Shown: positions 28,011 through 41,732, numbered from the stretch's first letter. The stretch is DNA of 64,000 nt from Camelus dromedarius (GCF_036321535.1 NC_087436.1:22508001-22572000); one strand, 5' to 3'. Program-made: numbers and translations. Notes: generated by a model from the sequence alone, not told the origin.

Positions 28011-28737
28011 TATTTTTAGGCACAGTGAGCCATGGCAGTCCAGAAATCAAGCACAGAGGATGGGGATAAGGTTGAACTAGATCAGAGATATTCAAAGTGA
28101 GGAGCAAACAACCCTGGGGAACCCCCACAACTTTCCACGATCTGCGTGACTATCGAGAGTTCCAAAGAAATGAACTTCCAGATCCGCTACTTCCATAGGA
28201 ACCCCTTTTCATAAATTATGTGCCTGAAATGTGTCTGAGGCAAGCAGATTTCTAGCAAGTTCTCTTTTCCCACTTCCCCTTTCGTAATTATCCTTCTCTC
28301 ATTTTACAAAAGAGAGGCGTATCTCTCTCCCAATCCAGAATCCTACTCTGCACTTTTGGCCCTCCAAGGTGGGAGGGACAGGTGTTAAAATGAATATTAG
28401 AGCTCCCTTCTTTCATCAAAGCAGTGATATCAGCACTACCTACATCCACGTCCATATATACACGTCCAATATAGTTTAGTTTTATGTTGATGATTACTTA
28501 TCAAAGGCTAGTGGGTTATTCTGGTTAACTGTGTACTAGTAACACTTAAAATAACATAAAGAATGATTTTAAACAATACACTTATTCTGCTAAAAAATTA
28601 AATCTCAATGTATGTACTTATCTTTGTTGCTGTGGAGTAAGGAGATCAAAGAAGTTGGAAATATCTAAGCAAAATGTTCAATTAAAAATAATTATTTGAA
28701 AATTTTAGAGGTCAGTGCCAACAGTGTGCAAAGGGTA

Positions 28738-28988
28738 CAGCGGAGCCTTGAACAGTCAGAGGGAGCAGGGGCGCCAACACTGCTGAGTGGAAAATCTGCT
28801 GTAATTTACTAGAGGTCCTGGTTCCCCTGTATCCGCGGCTCCGCACCTGCCGTTCTGCAACCGCAATTCTGCATGCGCAGATTCAGCCGACCCCTGATTT
28901 CTGATAGTACTGCAGGACTTACTGTTGAAAAAAAATCTGCCTAGAAGTGGACCTCACAGTTCAAACCCCTGTTGTTCAAAGGCCAACG
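28738..28988. mobile_element. Tigger-family MITE with TA target duplication
   Basis: TA|cagcggagccttgaaca ... tgttgttcaaaggccaacg|TA; terminal inverted repeats of Tigger1/2 type. Confidence 0.8.
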
Positions 28989-30289
28989 TATTTCTTCTCT
29001 CAAATTTTTATCAGAGTTACATGAGCAAAAGAACCGGTGAGGAGACTTCAGTGATAAAAGGGATCACTGACTGTGTCACTGGGCTCTTTTAGTGTCATTA
29101 TGATAATTAGCTTCTTCCCCTGCCTCCCCTACCACCACCACCAATCTTACAGCCATCATATTTTTCTCTTCTGGGGTCATTTTCAGTTTCAGTTCCTTTA
29201 TTTGACAAAATACTTTGTCACTCTCCTGTCAGGGTTTGGAAAAGAAACAACTATGCAGTCTTTGAACACGACCAGCTAGTAAACATCCAGAGTTTTTTTA
29301 AACGCATTTTTATGTGGTCTATATTCAGTCTCTGCCCTAACAATGACCTGCCAGGCACCACCAGATTCACAGTGGGAAGAAACACTGGAAAATACATGTA
29401 TATAATACCCTGCCTCCAGGTAGAAAATGCATACCAATAATATCCTTATATTGAACTGAGGTCAAAGAGTTTCTTATTTCCTATTTCTGATACCAGCACT
29501 GAATAACTTTTTTTCTAAAGAGTAACATTCCTTGACATACAGCAAATTAATAAATAATAATATATGAAAAATTGGTTATAATGAATTAATAAAATTCACC
29601 ATTAAATAGTAGTAAACACTACCAGCAGAACCCACAAATGTTCTCTCAACTCTCCTATGGAGTTTTTCATCCAATCCACAAAACCGGACAGCAGTGAGCA
29701 CAGAAGGAATGTTCACCCTCAACAGGCTCACGCAGTAATCTGTAACCACCAAGTAAATAAATCTAAGAGTAAATATTGAACTAAAGAAAGAAGCTGGCTT
29801 CTTGCCGACCCTCAGACCATGAAATCTTCTGAAAAGGGGACTTCCCAAATACTTGACTACAGCACCTCAGTTGTGATATGTGAGAATCTTCTGATCTCTC
29901 CACGAATCCCAGCCTTTGACTTGGATGGATGGGTGGATAGACAGTTAGATAGATAAATACAAACTTACAGATCAATTCATATTTGCCTACTATTTGTCCA
30001 ACTCCATCAGCAAAAACTATGTAAACTGGACAAATGTTTTCATTCAGGAACCATAAAAATTTTTTTCTGCAAGGAGCCAAGCATATATAGAAACTCCTGT
30101 GAATATTATTTGATCATAAAGATAATCTTTAAATATATAACTAATAATAACAATACAAGTACCCCATAAGTATTACTTTAAAACCAACATTCTATCATTA
30201 TATCACTCTGCCTCAAAATGAAATAGGGGTTGATTGTCACTGTCCAATTGCAGGAACTGTTTCTATGGAGATAACATCTCCATTCATAA

Positions 30290-30520
30290 GTGCCAGGGAT
30301 CTTAGATCTGTTTGGGGTTAAATTCCAACTCTACCACTTTCTAGCTCTGTGACTTTGGGGAAGTTATTCAATTACATTACTCTAAGCCTCAATTTCCTCA
30401 GTTATAAAATACAGTCCCCAACACCATCATAAGTTTATGATGACAACTTTTGAAAATACACACATACTTCGAATAATGTCTGCTATGTAAGAAGAACTCA
30501 GCAAGTGTCGGTTATGACTC
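30290..30520 (+). mobile_element. MIR SINE
   Basis: 'aattccaactctaccactttctagctctgtgactttggggaagttatt...ctaagcctcaatttcctca'. Confidence 0.75.
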
Positions 30521-31168
30521 ACTATTTCTCACAGTTCAAGTTGTGGGCTAAAATCCTACTCTCTGTATTATCATTAACTAACCTTCAAAAGAATAGTTAC
30601 ATAACGAAGAAAACAGTAAACTCTTAAAAGAGAGAGGAAGAAAGGGCAGCTTTCTAACTTTTCAAATGTTTAAAAAATCGTTTAAGAGTTGAGATGTATT
30701 TAAAAAGCTTATTAGAGTTACAGGTATTTTCCTCAGAAAAATCCCCTTCATGTAACTTTTCTGAGCTTCACTCACAGCCTTCCTGAAGTCCACCCAGGGC
30801 CAGCAAACCTGAGAGGGAGGATCCTCTAGGTTTTAAAACTCTCCAGTTATCAAATTCTATTTCAAACAATTTTACACCCTTGTTTTCCCGCATCCTCCAA
30901 AGATGTTTATAAACATGCATTTCATTGACAAACATTATGTCTTGTGATACAGCTGTTGACATCTACACACTAATTTCATGGATTAAAACAAAAAGCAGCA
31001 AATTGTTTTCCTTAACCCACCAGTAATCTGCAGGAAAATTCCTAATTCCAGAACTATAGCTTCAAATCAGGTTCTGGAGTTTCCACTCCATATCAGCAGA
31101 AAACACTGAATCTGAAAGTATAGGAACACTCTGCCTATCACAAGTTCCAGACCAGCCACCAAACTAAC

Positions 31169-31237
31169 CCCTGTCTGTCTCTCTGTCACAGAGCGGATGG
31201 TACTGCTGGAAAGGCCATTCTGAATATGATGAAAACT
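31169..31237 (-). other. Probable 69-nt 5' UTR exon of the minus-strand gene
   Basis: Acceptor ccccttccattttctcctttcAG, donor GG|GTTAGT, ~1 kb downstream of the CpG-island exon; contains uORF MAFPAVPSAL*. Confidence 0.5.
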
Positions 31238-32099
31238 CTGAAAGGAGAAAATGGAAGGGGAAATACGAGGATGTGACATTAAAACACAACCAGAACAAAC
31301 CTTCAGAGTTTTCTAGTATTCTAACTTTGAGTAAAATTTAAAATGTTCTCCTCATTTTAAATCTCAAATGGCTACTACTTTGTCTTTAGTCCTTTCCTTT
31401 GTACCTCCTGCCTCTGTCTACCATGCCCACCACACTGCTTTTTAGTGAAATGACAGGAGTTCAAAATTTAATGTATATTGTACCTGGATGCTTTCCACAG
31501 AACAGTCCATCTTCTGCATAGTAGGATGCTGTAACCACCTAGACCTGATCTGTTTATTCAATAGGTCAAAAAAGCCTCTTCAGGCACACTGACAAGATAA
31601 GGATGTCTATCAGTTACAAGGAGATGCCATCACCAGTGTCATAACATTAGAAAGTAGCTTTTCAAAACATAATGTAAATAGCGAGTGACAACCACTTTAC
31701 TTCCAGTTTCAAAACTTCTGCTCACTCTATTTAAGAATCTGTTTATAAGCATCATCTAAGAATTAACCTTGCTTTACACAGACTCTGAAGTTGACAAAAT
31801 TTTAAATGCATGGAAATTGAAGTTAAATTCAATATATTATTAATTAAATTCAAATATATTGTATACTTTTGGAACATGAAATCTCAGTAACACTTGAAAA
31901 AATTAACTGGATTTTAAAGCAACCTTGAATAATAATTCCAATGCAATACGAGTCTCCTGCATTTCTTCCCAATTTCTAGCACTGATTTTCTGGAAACAAC
32001 AGAAGCTCAGCCTGACTGTCAAACGATGACCATTCCTGTAAATTCCGCTCCCAAGTAAGGTAAGTGTCCAGAACGAAAAAGAGGAGGGTAATTTGATTT

Positions 32100-33450
32100 T
32101 GCTAACAATGGTCGAGTCAGACAAGCGGGCTCACACACGAGTTGGCACAGGCCGGCGGGGAGTTTGGGAGGGAGGCAGAAAGAAGCGGGGAGCTGCAGTA
32201 CCTTTCTTGAACTTTCTGAGCTCCACGAGGTGCAGAACTCAGCGCTCTGTGCAGTGAGACCTCGCCTCCTCCGAACCCGGCAGATCAGCGGGGACAGCGA
32301 GGCGCGCGTCCCTCCCTCTCCGCCGGCCGGCGCGTTGCCGGTGGAGCGCACGCCGCCCTGCGCAGCCGCCGACACGGAAAAAGCGCAGCGCTCGGCGGCA
32401 CCGCGCGGGACCCGCAAGTGGACGAGCAATCTGTGCTCTGCTGGAAGCGAGGAGAGCCCACGACAGGAATAAAGGGTCAGAAGGGGAAAACACCTTTGCA
32501 CGTAGCGTAGCCGAAAACCGAAGTCGCGGTCATATAAGAGGGCGGGGCGGCCGGACCGGCCGCCGGTCGGGGGGAGACGGGTGGGTCAGGCCAGAGCTGG
32601 CAGGGGTCCGAGGCGCAGGCTTTCGGGGAAAGTTCCCTCGCCCTTGCCACCACCACCACCTCCCTTCCCAGAGCGGAGAAGCCAAGCTCTGTACCTCCAT
32701 CGAGTCCGGGCTGCAGGGTCGGGGGCGGCAGGCAGCGCAGCCGGGCGGGCGCGGTCACCCTGCTCCCTTTCTCGACGTCGGGCTGTTGCGGCTGCCAGCG
32801 AGACAGCAGAGGTTCCCTGGGCGCCGGGAACCCAGGGCGTCCCAGCCCCCAGCGAAAAGAAAAGTGAAAGAGAAAATAGCGAGGAGGAGAGGCGAAGATA
32901 AACACCCCCATGAGGCTGGGGGAGGGGCGGGTGGCAGCGGCTCTTGGACGACTGCCCCAGGTGTCGTGGCTCCCCGCCCCCTGGAAGGTGTCCGCCACTG
33001 CGATGCCCGGGGGGCGCAGGGCCTGGAGGGCAAGAGGGAGGAGGTCTGGGAGCGCCGGCTCTGCCTCGCGGGGACAGTGGCCCTGGCCTTGGCCTAGCCC
33101 TTCTAACGCACCCTGCAGAGTAGTCATGAGGAGGTGGCGCTGAGCCCACCTGCCACTTCCACGGTGCCCCGCATGGAATGCTAGGCTTCCCGAGCCAAGG
33201 CTGGAGACTGGTCGCGGCCCCAAGTCGCCCAGAGGAAAGGGAAAAAAACTGTGTCGGATCAGGGTGGGCAGCTACTCCAGACTTTGACCCGCCCCGCAGG
33301 CTTATAAGAAAGGCGGCTCTGAAGTCTTACTAAAGACAACGTTGGAGGAAGACAGCTGGGTAACGACTTGGTCCAAGGCAGTTGGCACCGAGGGTCAGTG
33401 ACTTGAAGGAGTAAGCCTGTCAGCGGACCGCTTTTTCAAATAGGGCGTAG
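32100..33450. promoter_or_regulatory. CpG island / promoter
   Basis: Abrupt GC- and CpG-rich block in AT-rich surroundings. Contains GC boxes (32539-32550, 33288-33297), TATA-like boxes, RCGTG (32499-32504), a kB-like GGGAAAGTTCCC (32626-32637) and an HNF4/DR1-like site (33278-33290). Confidence 0.95.
32202..32505 (-). other. Probable non-coding first exon of the minus-strand gene (TSS approximate)
   Basis: Lies ~30 nt downstream of a minus-strand GC box + CTTATAT (32532-32550) and ends at donor AAG|GTACTG at the island edge. Confidence 0.6.
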
Positions 33451-36400
33451 TCCAGTGTAAAACATTGCAATGGAACCATGTGAAATGTTCCTGTGGAATT
33501 TTACAGTTGAAAGAAGGTACTGAATTTTCTGAGGCTGAGTGATCGTGCCTCAGAGCCTGCAGAAAAAGTCTCATGTCCAATTTTTGGGAACACTTGAACT
33601 CTTTGGACAACCTTGTGCACATGTGAATCACTGAAAATCCCTAATGGAAGGGTGCTGGCCCAAATTTTTCAGAGTCATGTCACGGAAAAAAAATGATACA
33701 GCTCCCTGGAGCTTGGTAAAACATAATTTAACTAAGTTTTCTTTGCCTTAAGTGTATGCTAAAAATAAAAAAAAATATTAGAAATGGTTTAAATATTAAA
33801 TGTGCATAAAGTTCCACATAAAATCATTTAATATTTTTATGAAAAGGCTGAACTCTAGATAGTTACTACCAACAAAATAAGTAAGATTTGAAAAAGTAAA
33901 AACTTTTTCACAATCTTTCAAACTTTTACCATAGTTGGAAATTATATTTAAAGAAATGAAGCAATCATTCTTTTCTAAGACAATGGAATGTTGCATTTTC
34001 TTGTGATGATACCAGTGATGTCACATCCAGTCAGACTTTTTCACAGCAATACACTGAAGCTCTGGTTTGCAGCATGAGTATGCATCATGAGATCAGGCTT
34101 TGCAGCTGGATTGGATTCTGCTGCAACAGATATAGCAGCACCCTAAGGACTAAAGTATGTGTAGAGGTGAATATCGACATTAGTGATGGAGAAGTGGATC
34201 TGTGTCTGCACCTCACCTTGAACTGCTCCAGTGCTTCTTGGCTCTCCTTCAAGGTGAACTCTTATATCTCCTTCAGCTCCCTTACAGATGCTGTGTGCTT
34301 TGCAGGTGGTCGCTGAAGTAGTTGTGCAGACAGTAAGGCCCCTCACTGGCCACACTCAGTACCAACTAGCAGAGCCAGGTATCACTGCAGCCAGAGGACA
34401 CATCATCACATCCCAGATCCTGCTTCACCTGGGCTGCCTAGGAGGACTAGAGGAGGCAACTCTTAGCTAGGGCTCACCAGCCTGGGGGCTTCTGCTGTCC
34501 CCAAGGCTGAGGGGCATTAATGTCTGACAGCACACTTTTAACATGTGGCCACCATGAATTTTCTGAGCTACTGGAGAAGTTTTCACAACAGTGTAAAACT
34601 GATGGGAATTTTCTTCATAGAGCCAAGCTTTAGAGTACAATCTGAAGACATAAGAATAACAAAAATTGGTCTATAAATATTGATTGAGCTTCTAATACAT
34701 GTAAGTTCTGGAACAGAATGAGCTGAATAATATATAAAGCATTTAGTCAGCTTGGGAAGATAAAATAAAATGCATGATAATAAAGTGAAATTGAAACTGA
34801 CTATAGCCATAAGATGGACTTTGCTCTATCACTTGACTCTGGAATATGTAGGCCAAATTTGTTTTCTTCATTCCAGGAAAAAAAAAATGTTTTTTAATTA
34901 GTCATATAAATGCCTGCAATTCAATGAAGCTGGGTTTTCAGCATAATGTTTTTGTTGCACTGCCTCAGACAGAGAAATCTAACATATGCAACTTGTATTT
35001 TCAGTTGCCACAGGCCGTTTGGCAAGATATTGAAAATTACTCACACCAATGAACAAGTAAATTCCACTGTATAAATTAAAAGCAAAGACCAAGATTGATG
35101 GAATAATTTGAAACTGCCTAAAGGCAACTAATAAAATTACAGTGTGGAAAGAAGTAAAGATTAATTAAACCTTACAGAAGTGACCATAATAATCTTTCTT
35201 TGAATTTAAAAAATTAATAATACAATCATAGTTGAATAAGTTTTTAATATCTGATTTTTCATTCCAAAGACAATGTTAGCCAACTGGCTAGTTCTCTTTA
35301 AAATAAATGACTAATAAATGTTTTCTATAGCTTTGGAGACTACGTGGAAGTAGCTGAAAGTTAGCTCATCTGACTTAGTGTTCAAAATCCGTCACTGTGA
35401 CCTTATTTGTGGTCCTCCTAAGGAACAAATCACAGGCCAAGAACAAGTTGATCTTCTGGTCTTTGAAAAACATAGCCAGGAGGAACTCCTCAAGTTTCCA
35501 TTTTGGTTAAAGCATGCCTGAAATGTAGCCTTACCTCAAGATTGCTTCCCATCTCTGTCTTTTTGGTGGTCCTGACAATAGAGGGATACCCTTCCTCTTA
35601 AAGATTACTTAAATTTTCAAAAGCTTCCTAGGTTACTGCTTTCTCCGTGGCGCAGCAAGACTAGCTAATACTTCTGTAGCTCCTACATTGTGTGCCTGGA
35701 TGCTCAATATTTGCTCATGAAATCCTCACAGCTATGCTATGAAATATGAACTATATCTCCATTTTGCGGATAGAGAAACCAAGGTCCAGAAAAATGTCAC
35801 AACTTGCCTGTAATTCACATGCAACTGAGTGGCCCTGCAAGGATTTGACCTCAGGTGGTCTGGCTTGAGGTCACACCCTTACTCTCTACCAGCTCTAAAT
35901 TGACAACCACCCTCCACTGCTTCTAGAACAAAGAGTTCCTGAGGAAAGACTTTGACTCTCAAGCAGTATCTTTCAATCCAAATTTGTTTGCTCTAGCTTA
36001 ACTTTAGCCAAGGCCAGGGAGGAAACTAATTAGTTTCCTTGAATTTCTGCTTCCTGATCTCATTGTGTTTCTGTGATAAAACTGCTGTGAGGGTTGCAGC
36101 CCCGCAAAGAGCATAGGTTATCTGAGTCAAGTCACCGACAACAGGCTGGCTGAGCGCTGCTGCAAGTCAGAAACAACACAACTAGTAGATGGCACATTCT
36201 GGCTGATGCCCATTAGAGATGGTGATTTTGTTTCAACTACAGTGTCAGAGTGTGCCCTTGGCAAAGGAGGAGAAAGGACACCTAGTTTCAAGCTGCAGAT
36301 GAACTTAAAATAATTAAATAATAGCATAGTCAATTCTTAATATGTTTAAAAGTATATGGTATCTTAAATATTTTGGTACTTAGTTGGGTGGGGGGAGAAG

Positions 36401-37289
36401 GGATTTAAACAGAACCAAGAGATAATTCAATGTGCTAATAATACTATTCTGAACAGTCTTTTAAAGCTGAACTTATCAATCAAAATCTAGTTCAAAAAAC
36501 ATTAATTACTTTACTTAGATTATATAATGAAAGTATACATTATAAACGTACACAATATGAATGGATCTTGTTGGCATTTATTTCAATGACTAACTGTAAA
36601 AAGGGATTTTATTTTCATCACATGTACTTCCTGACATATGGAAAATACATATTGCTTGAGTTCTCTAATTTAAATTCATGCACTTGTTGTAATATGTAAT
36701 AACTTTAACAAAACGGTGTGAACCAAAGTCAACACAATAATGTATCTACATCAGCCAAGTTAAATTGACATTTATTTTGATTTTCACCCTATAGGCCCTC
36801 CAAAAATGTTTGTTGAGTTTATTTTTGGTCAAAAATAATTTCACCTGTCATTTCATAGTTTTAAATTCTTGCTAGAATCAAAATCTGAGAACTTACAGAT
36901 ATATGTGTATGTATATGTGTGTATGCATATAATAGCTCTTTGAAATTATCATGAAATAATTTGCTAATTTACATAACTTAATTCTGTGGTTTATATATGT
37001 ATTTGATAATTTACATAACAATTCTATGGTTTATATATGTATTTAATCCTACAGTCACTTTTCATTGCATTTTTAACTAAATTTTCTTCAAAACCTTTAT
37101 CAAAATCAATTTTCAGAAGCACTCTTGACATATGGCAGCTATACCAACAGAAGGCTCATAATCATTGATAAAAATATCATTGGTTTTTTAATTATGGTAA
37201 CTGTTGTGCGGGACGTTACCTTGATGAAATGGTAGCCTCTAATCACTATCCTATAAGTATCATAACAAAAAGGCTTACAGACCAAATTA

Positions 37290-39030
37290 AGATACTCAAA
37301 CAACATGGTTTGTGAAATCAATCTAAAACTCACAATGAAAAGGACAGAAGAAAAAGGCAGAGGGTACAGGTGTGGCTTAATTAGTAAATTCTATTGAACA
37401 ATTAAGGAAAAATAATGCCAATCTTACACCAACTCTTTAAGAATATAGGAGGAAGAAATACTTCTCAACTTATTTTATGAAACCAGAATTATCCTACTAA
37501 AACCCAACAAGATATTACCATGAAGATAAGTCTACAGTGGAAGTCTTTTTTTAACATAAAATAACACAAAATATTAGCAAATCTAATTCAATGTTTAAAA
37601 AGAATAATACATCAAGAACAAACAGTATTATTTATGTAATGCAAAGCTGGTTTAACATTTTAAAGGCAATCAATATCATTTTCCATATTAATTGAATAAA
37701 GGAGAAAAAGTATTTGACGAAAGTCAACATTCTGCCATGATAAAAACTAGAAAACTAGAAATAGAAGGAAGCTCCCTCAACCTGATGAAGGGCATCTACA
37801 AAGAAGTGTACAGCTAGTATCTTACTTCGTAGTGAAAGATGAATGACTTACCCCTAAAATCAGCTGCAAGCAAAGATGTCTGCTGTATTCAGCTGGTACT
37901 GGAGATTCCAGGCAGTTCAATAAGATAAGAAAAAGAAAAAAAGTCATAAAAACTAGAAGGCAATAAGTAAACTATCTTATTTGTAGACAATGGGTTCCTG
38001 AGAAAACAAAAAATTCCTGTAACTAAAAGTGAATTTTTTGCAGGATACAAGGTAAATATATAAACATAAATTATATTTTGTATACAGCAATGAATAAGAT
38101 ACTGAAGCGTATTTAATACTGAAGAGTAAATTAATAACATTACTCTGAAAACTGCAAAATATTGCTGACAGAAAATGAAAATAACTTAAATCAAGGGTGG
38201 GCTTGCTGCTTTGGCCTATTTTTGTATTCAGAATACAGCCACTCCCATTTGTTTACATGTGGCTAAGGCCACTTTTGCAATTGAGAAGTTGCAACAGAGA
38301 CCATTTTTATTTATCAAAGCTTAAAATACTCACCTTGCCCTTTGCAGGAAAGTTTGTTAACCCTTCATCTAAACGTTTGGAGAAATACCATATTCATCTA
38401 TTGGAAGATGATATAAAATTATTAAGATGTTAATTCTCCAGATTCAGTGCAAATCCCAGCAGGCTTTCTTATCCAACTCAGTGAGCAGATTCCAACTTTG
38501 ATATGCAACTGTAGAGAACCTAGAAGAGGCAAAACACTTTTGAAAAAGAACAATGTTGGAGGATCTGTACTACCATATATCAACACTGACTGTAAAGCTA
38601 CAAAGACCAAAACAATGTGTAATGGCATAAAGATAGACAGACAAATCAAAGGAACAGAATAAAGAGTCCAGAAAAAAATTCACACGTATATAGCCAATTG
38701 GTTTTGATAATTATGCCAAGGTAAGAGATTGAGAGGAAAATTTTTTTGACAAATGATATAGGAACAACTGTGCTTTTTAGGGGCAAAATATATATATTTT
38801 CAATTTTCTAACACATGTTATTCATGAAAATTAACACAAAGTGGTTCATAGACCTAAATGTAAAGTTAAAAGCATAAACCTTACAGAAGAAAGCATAGGA
38901 GATTTGCAATCTCGAGGCAGGTAAATATTTCTTAGACAGAACACAGAAAGTACTACCTGTAAAAGAAAAAAAGTGAAATAATTGGGTTTCATCAAAATAT
39001 AAACTTTTTTCTCTTTTTAAGGTAAAAAAT
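37290..39030 (+). mobile_element. Old L1 ORF2 remnant with a nested MER58A-like insert (~38190-38365)
   Basis: 'gccaatcttacaccaactcttt', 'gaaatagaaggaagctccctcaacctgatgaagggcatctac', 'acagacaaatcaaaggaacagaataaagagtccaga'. Confidence 0.85.
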
Positions 39031-39061
39031 GACAACCAATTACTAAAAATCTCCTGTTTAA

Positions 39062-39607
39062 TATTGCCCCCCCCCCCGAATATGCCTCTTTGGTGTAAGG
39101 ATTATCTTGAGCTGATTATTTATAAGAAACAGCAGACATAGGGAAAGCTCTGAAAACCAACTAGTTACCCTTTTATAAGAGAAATATACATGTATAAGGG
39201 AAATCTCCATTTTAAGGGTGTCTCCCTCTCTGTACCAGGAAGTGGAGAAGGACCAATATTCTAGAAACTCTTATCAATTAGCGAATCAATTAGAGAACTT
39301 AAATCTGTATAACCATCACACTTTTGTTTATTGTGCTTTTCCTGGTAACCTCCCATAACTGGCCTCCCCCACCCTACCCGACCCCACCACGTCATTTTGT
39401 CTTTAGCTGGAGACGACATTTTAAGGTGGTGGCTGGGTAATTTCAGTGAGTTACTTGGTTTTCTTGGGCATCTCCCATATGTACAGGAGGTATACATATT
39501 ATTAAACTTTTGTTTGTTTTTTCTTGTTTATCTGTTTTTTTTATTACGAGTGAGTCTCAGGCAAAAACATAGAAGGGCAGAGGGAAAATTATTTTTCCTC
39601 CCCTACA
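39062..39607 (+). mobile_element. MER34-like ERV1 LTR
   Basis: 'gccccc..gaatatgcctctttggtgtaaggattatcttgagctga'; ends 'ttatttttcctcccctaCA'. Confidence 0.7.
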
Positions 39608-41217
39608 TGCTTTAAAAAGTGATAAGGCTATCACTAAAATTCCTCACTTGTAGATCTTAAATTAAAACTGACAGTAATGATTATGTTCCAAAATATCTCC
39701 AATAAAGTTATATTAAAAACAAGTATCATTCCAGTATAAGAAAGAGTTGTCAATAAACCCTGTATTAATTAAGCAAACCACAGAAGTAAACCCGCTCACA
39801 TAGTTGAAAAAAAAAGTAAAATTCAGATAAGTGTAATATAATACGTATTTGGATTCTTGTCCAATATAACAGAGAAAATCTGCTGTATTCCAAGAAAGTA
39901 TGTCATAGTTTACTATTGATTGCAGAAACTCACAAAAACAGTGAATGGGCATTTCCCTGAAAAATGACTTTCAAAAGGGAGGGTTGGCCTTTTTCTTCCT
40001 TTGAAACATGAATAAGAAATGAGGTTCTAGTGCAGGCGAAGGAAAATTTTATGTTTGCAAAATCGACACTATGCTCAAACACAGTGAAATAAAAGAAGTG
40101 TTGGAAATAGGTATGCAAGGTGTTCAGAAGTGCTTTCATTGCTACATGAATAATTATGGCATGTAAATTGTGTTGGAAGTTTTGCTGCTTCATTTGCTGG
40201 TCTGAACCCCACAGATACAAATCTTCCCTTTAAAATCTATGTTTGTTTGCATTTATACCTAAGCTTAGTTTGGGAAATCGAAGATCTGAGGATTCAAAAT
40301 CGGCTTTGACAGACCTAAAACTAATGTTACCAAACCAGCCTTTCACCAGCATTTTTTTTTTTTTATTACTAAGTCTGCACTGAGAATCTACTACGTAGCA
40401 CAGATTATACAGAAGTAAGTATACGGTCTAGTTCCTCCTTTCCAAGGGGAAAATATATGCCATAATTGCTACCATTGAGAAGTTTACAACAGGTGGTGGT
40501 TGATTTTGTGGGTTAATATAACTGCAAACAGTGGCTTGCAGATAATCCTATTTGCTAGCATTTCCTATCACAGTTACTTTTAGGTAAAAATCACAATGTC
40601 ATTTTAAATGACTAGCTTTTCCCCCCATGATTGTTCAGTGGGACTTTTCATGGCAGATGTGTGCTAATTCTTGTGCACTCAAAAACAGAGAGAAAAGGAA
40701 GCCTGAAATTAAAGTCTCAAAGTCTGATCTATATACGTAGGCACCATTAGTCATACAAACTTAACTCATAGATGTACATCCACTGAGACAAGGTATTGTT
40801 GCGATGTCAGGATGATATAATGTGGAAAATATTAAATTGTTACACACGCTAATGTGGGCCTAGTTTTAAATCTGGCCAAAGGGGACACTTTATTCAATAA
40901 GAAACTGAAAATCTGAGATAAACTTACCTGGATCACACAGAAATTAAGTGGTGAATCCAATATTTGAACCCATCAAAGCCCATATTTGAGCAAAGCCTCA
41001 CCCTCCTTAGCATATTACAAGCTAGTTAAGGATTGGCCAATAAATGATGAACAATGGCTGTATTATTCACCAGCTGTCTATCCTACGGCAAGTATAACCT
41101 GGCAGTTTAAGATGCGTCATTTTTCATCCTAAAACTGAATACAACAAGATAGGGATCATTATCTCCAGTTTACCTACGGTGCAAGTGGGGTTCAAAGAAC
41201 TAAGTAATGTGCCAAAG

Positions 41218-41732
41218 TGTTACCGCGTCCAAACTCGCTCTGCTCACTGCACAACAGGCCAAGATCGGCAGACCAGGTGTTGGGGCGAGGAATAACGACT
41301 TTATTCAGAAAGCTGGCCGACTGACAGAATGGCAGACTAACATCCTGGAGAATCATCTTCCCCCAAGTCAGATTTCAGGCTCCTTTTATACTAGAAAGGA
41401 GAGGGCATGTGGTTGGTTGTCACAAACTTCTTGCTGTTGAAATCCTTTGTTCTTGCAGCTGTCCGTGTAGGTCAGGCGATGGTGTTCCTGCAAACGTCCA
41501 GCAAGACGAATCTTATTTTCTAGTCTGCAACTTTTTATCTCTGTATGAATGGGAAAGTGTTATACCCTTAGAGGTCAGAGCCTTTAAAATGGGCTATCCT
41601 GTATATTTCAGGCTATAGGCAACATTCTTTTACAAAAGATGGACACTCAGCATGACAACACAGGAAGCAGCACAGGATGAACATCAAAGGAACAGATCTA
41701 ATATGGAGTCAGATTTGTTCTTTTCAATTGCA
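41218..41732 (-). mobile_element. ERV1-type solo LTR with 4-bp TSD
   Basis: TG...CA termini, AAAG at both 41214-41217 and 41733-41736, minus-strand AATAAA near 41300. Confidence 0.85.

Noticed and set aside
32019..33223. Many 80-250 aa ORFs across the CpG island
   Set aside because: Expected from stop-codon scarcity in GC-rich DNA; low-complexity Pro/Arg/Gly/Ala composition with no recognisable protein
34019..34560. GC-richer block upstream of the island with short ORFs
   Set aside because: Probably an ancient LTR-like repeat, but I cannot assign a family or support exon status
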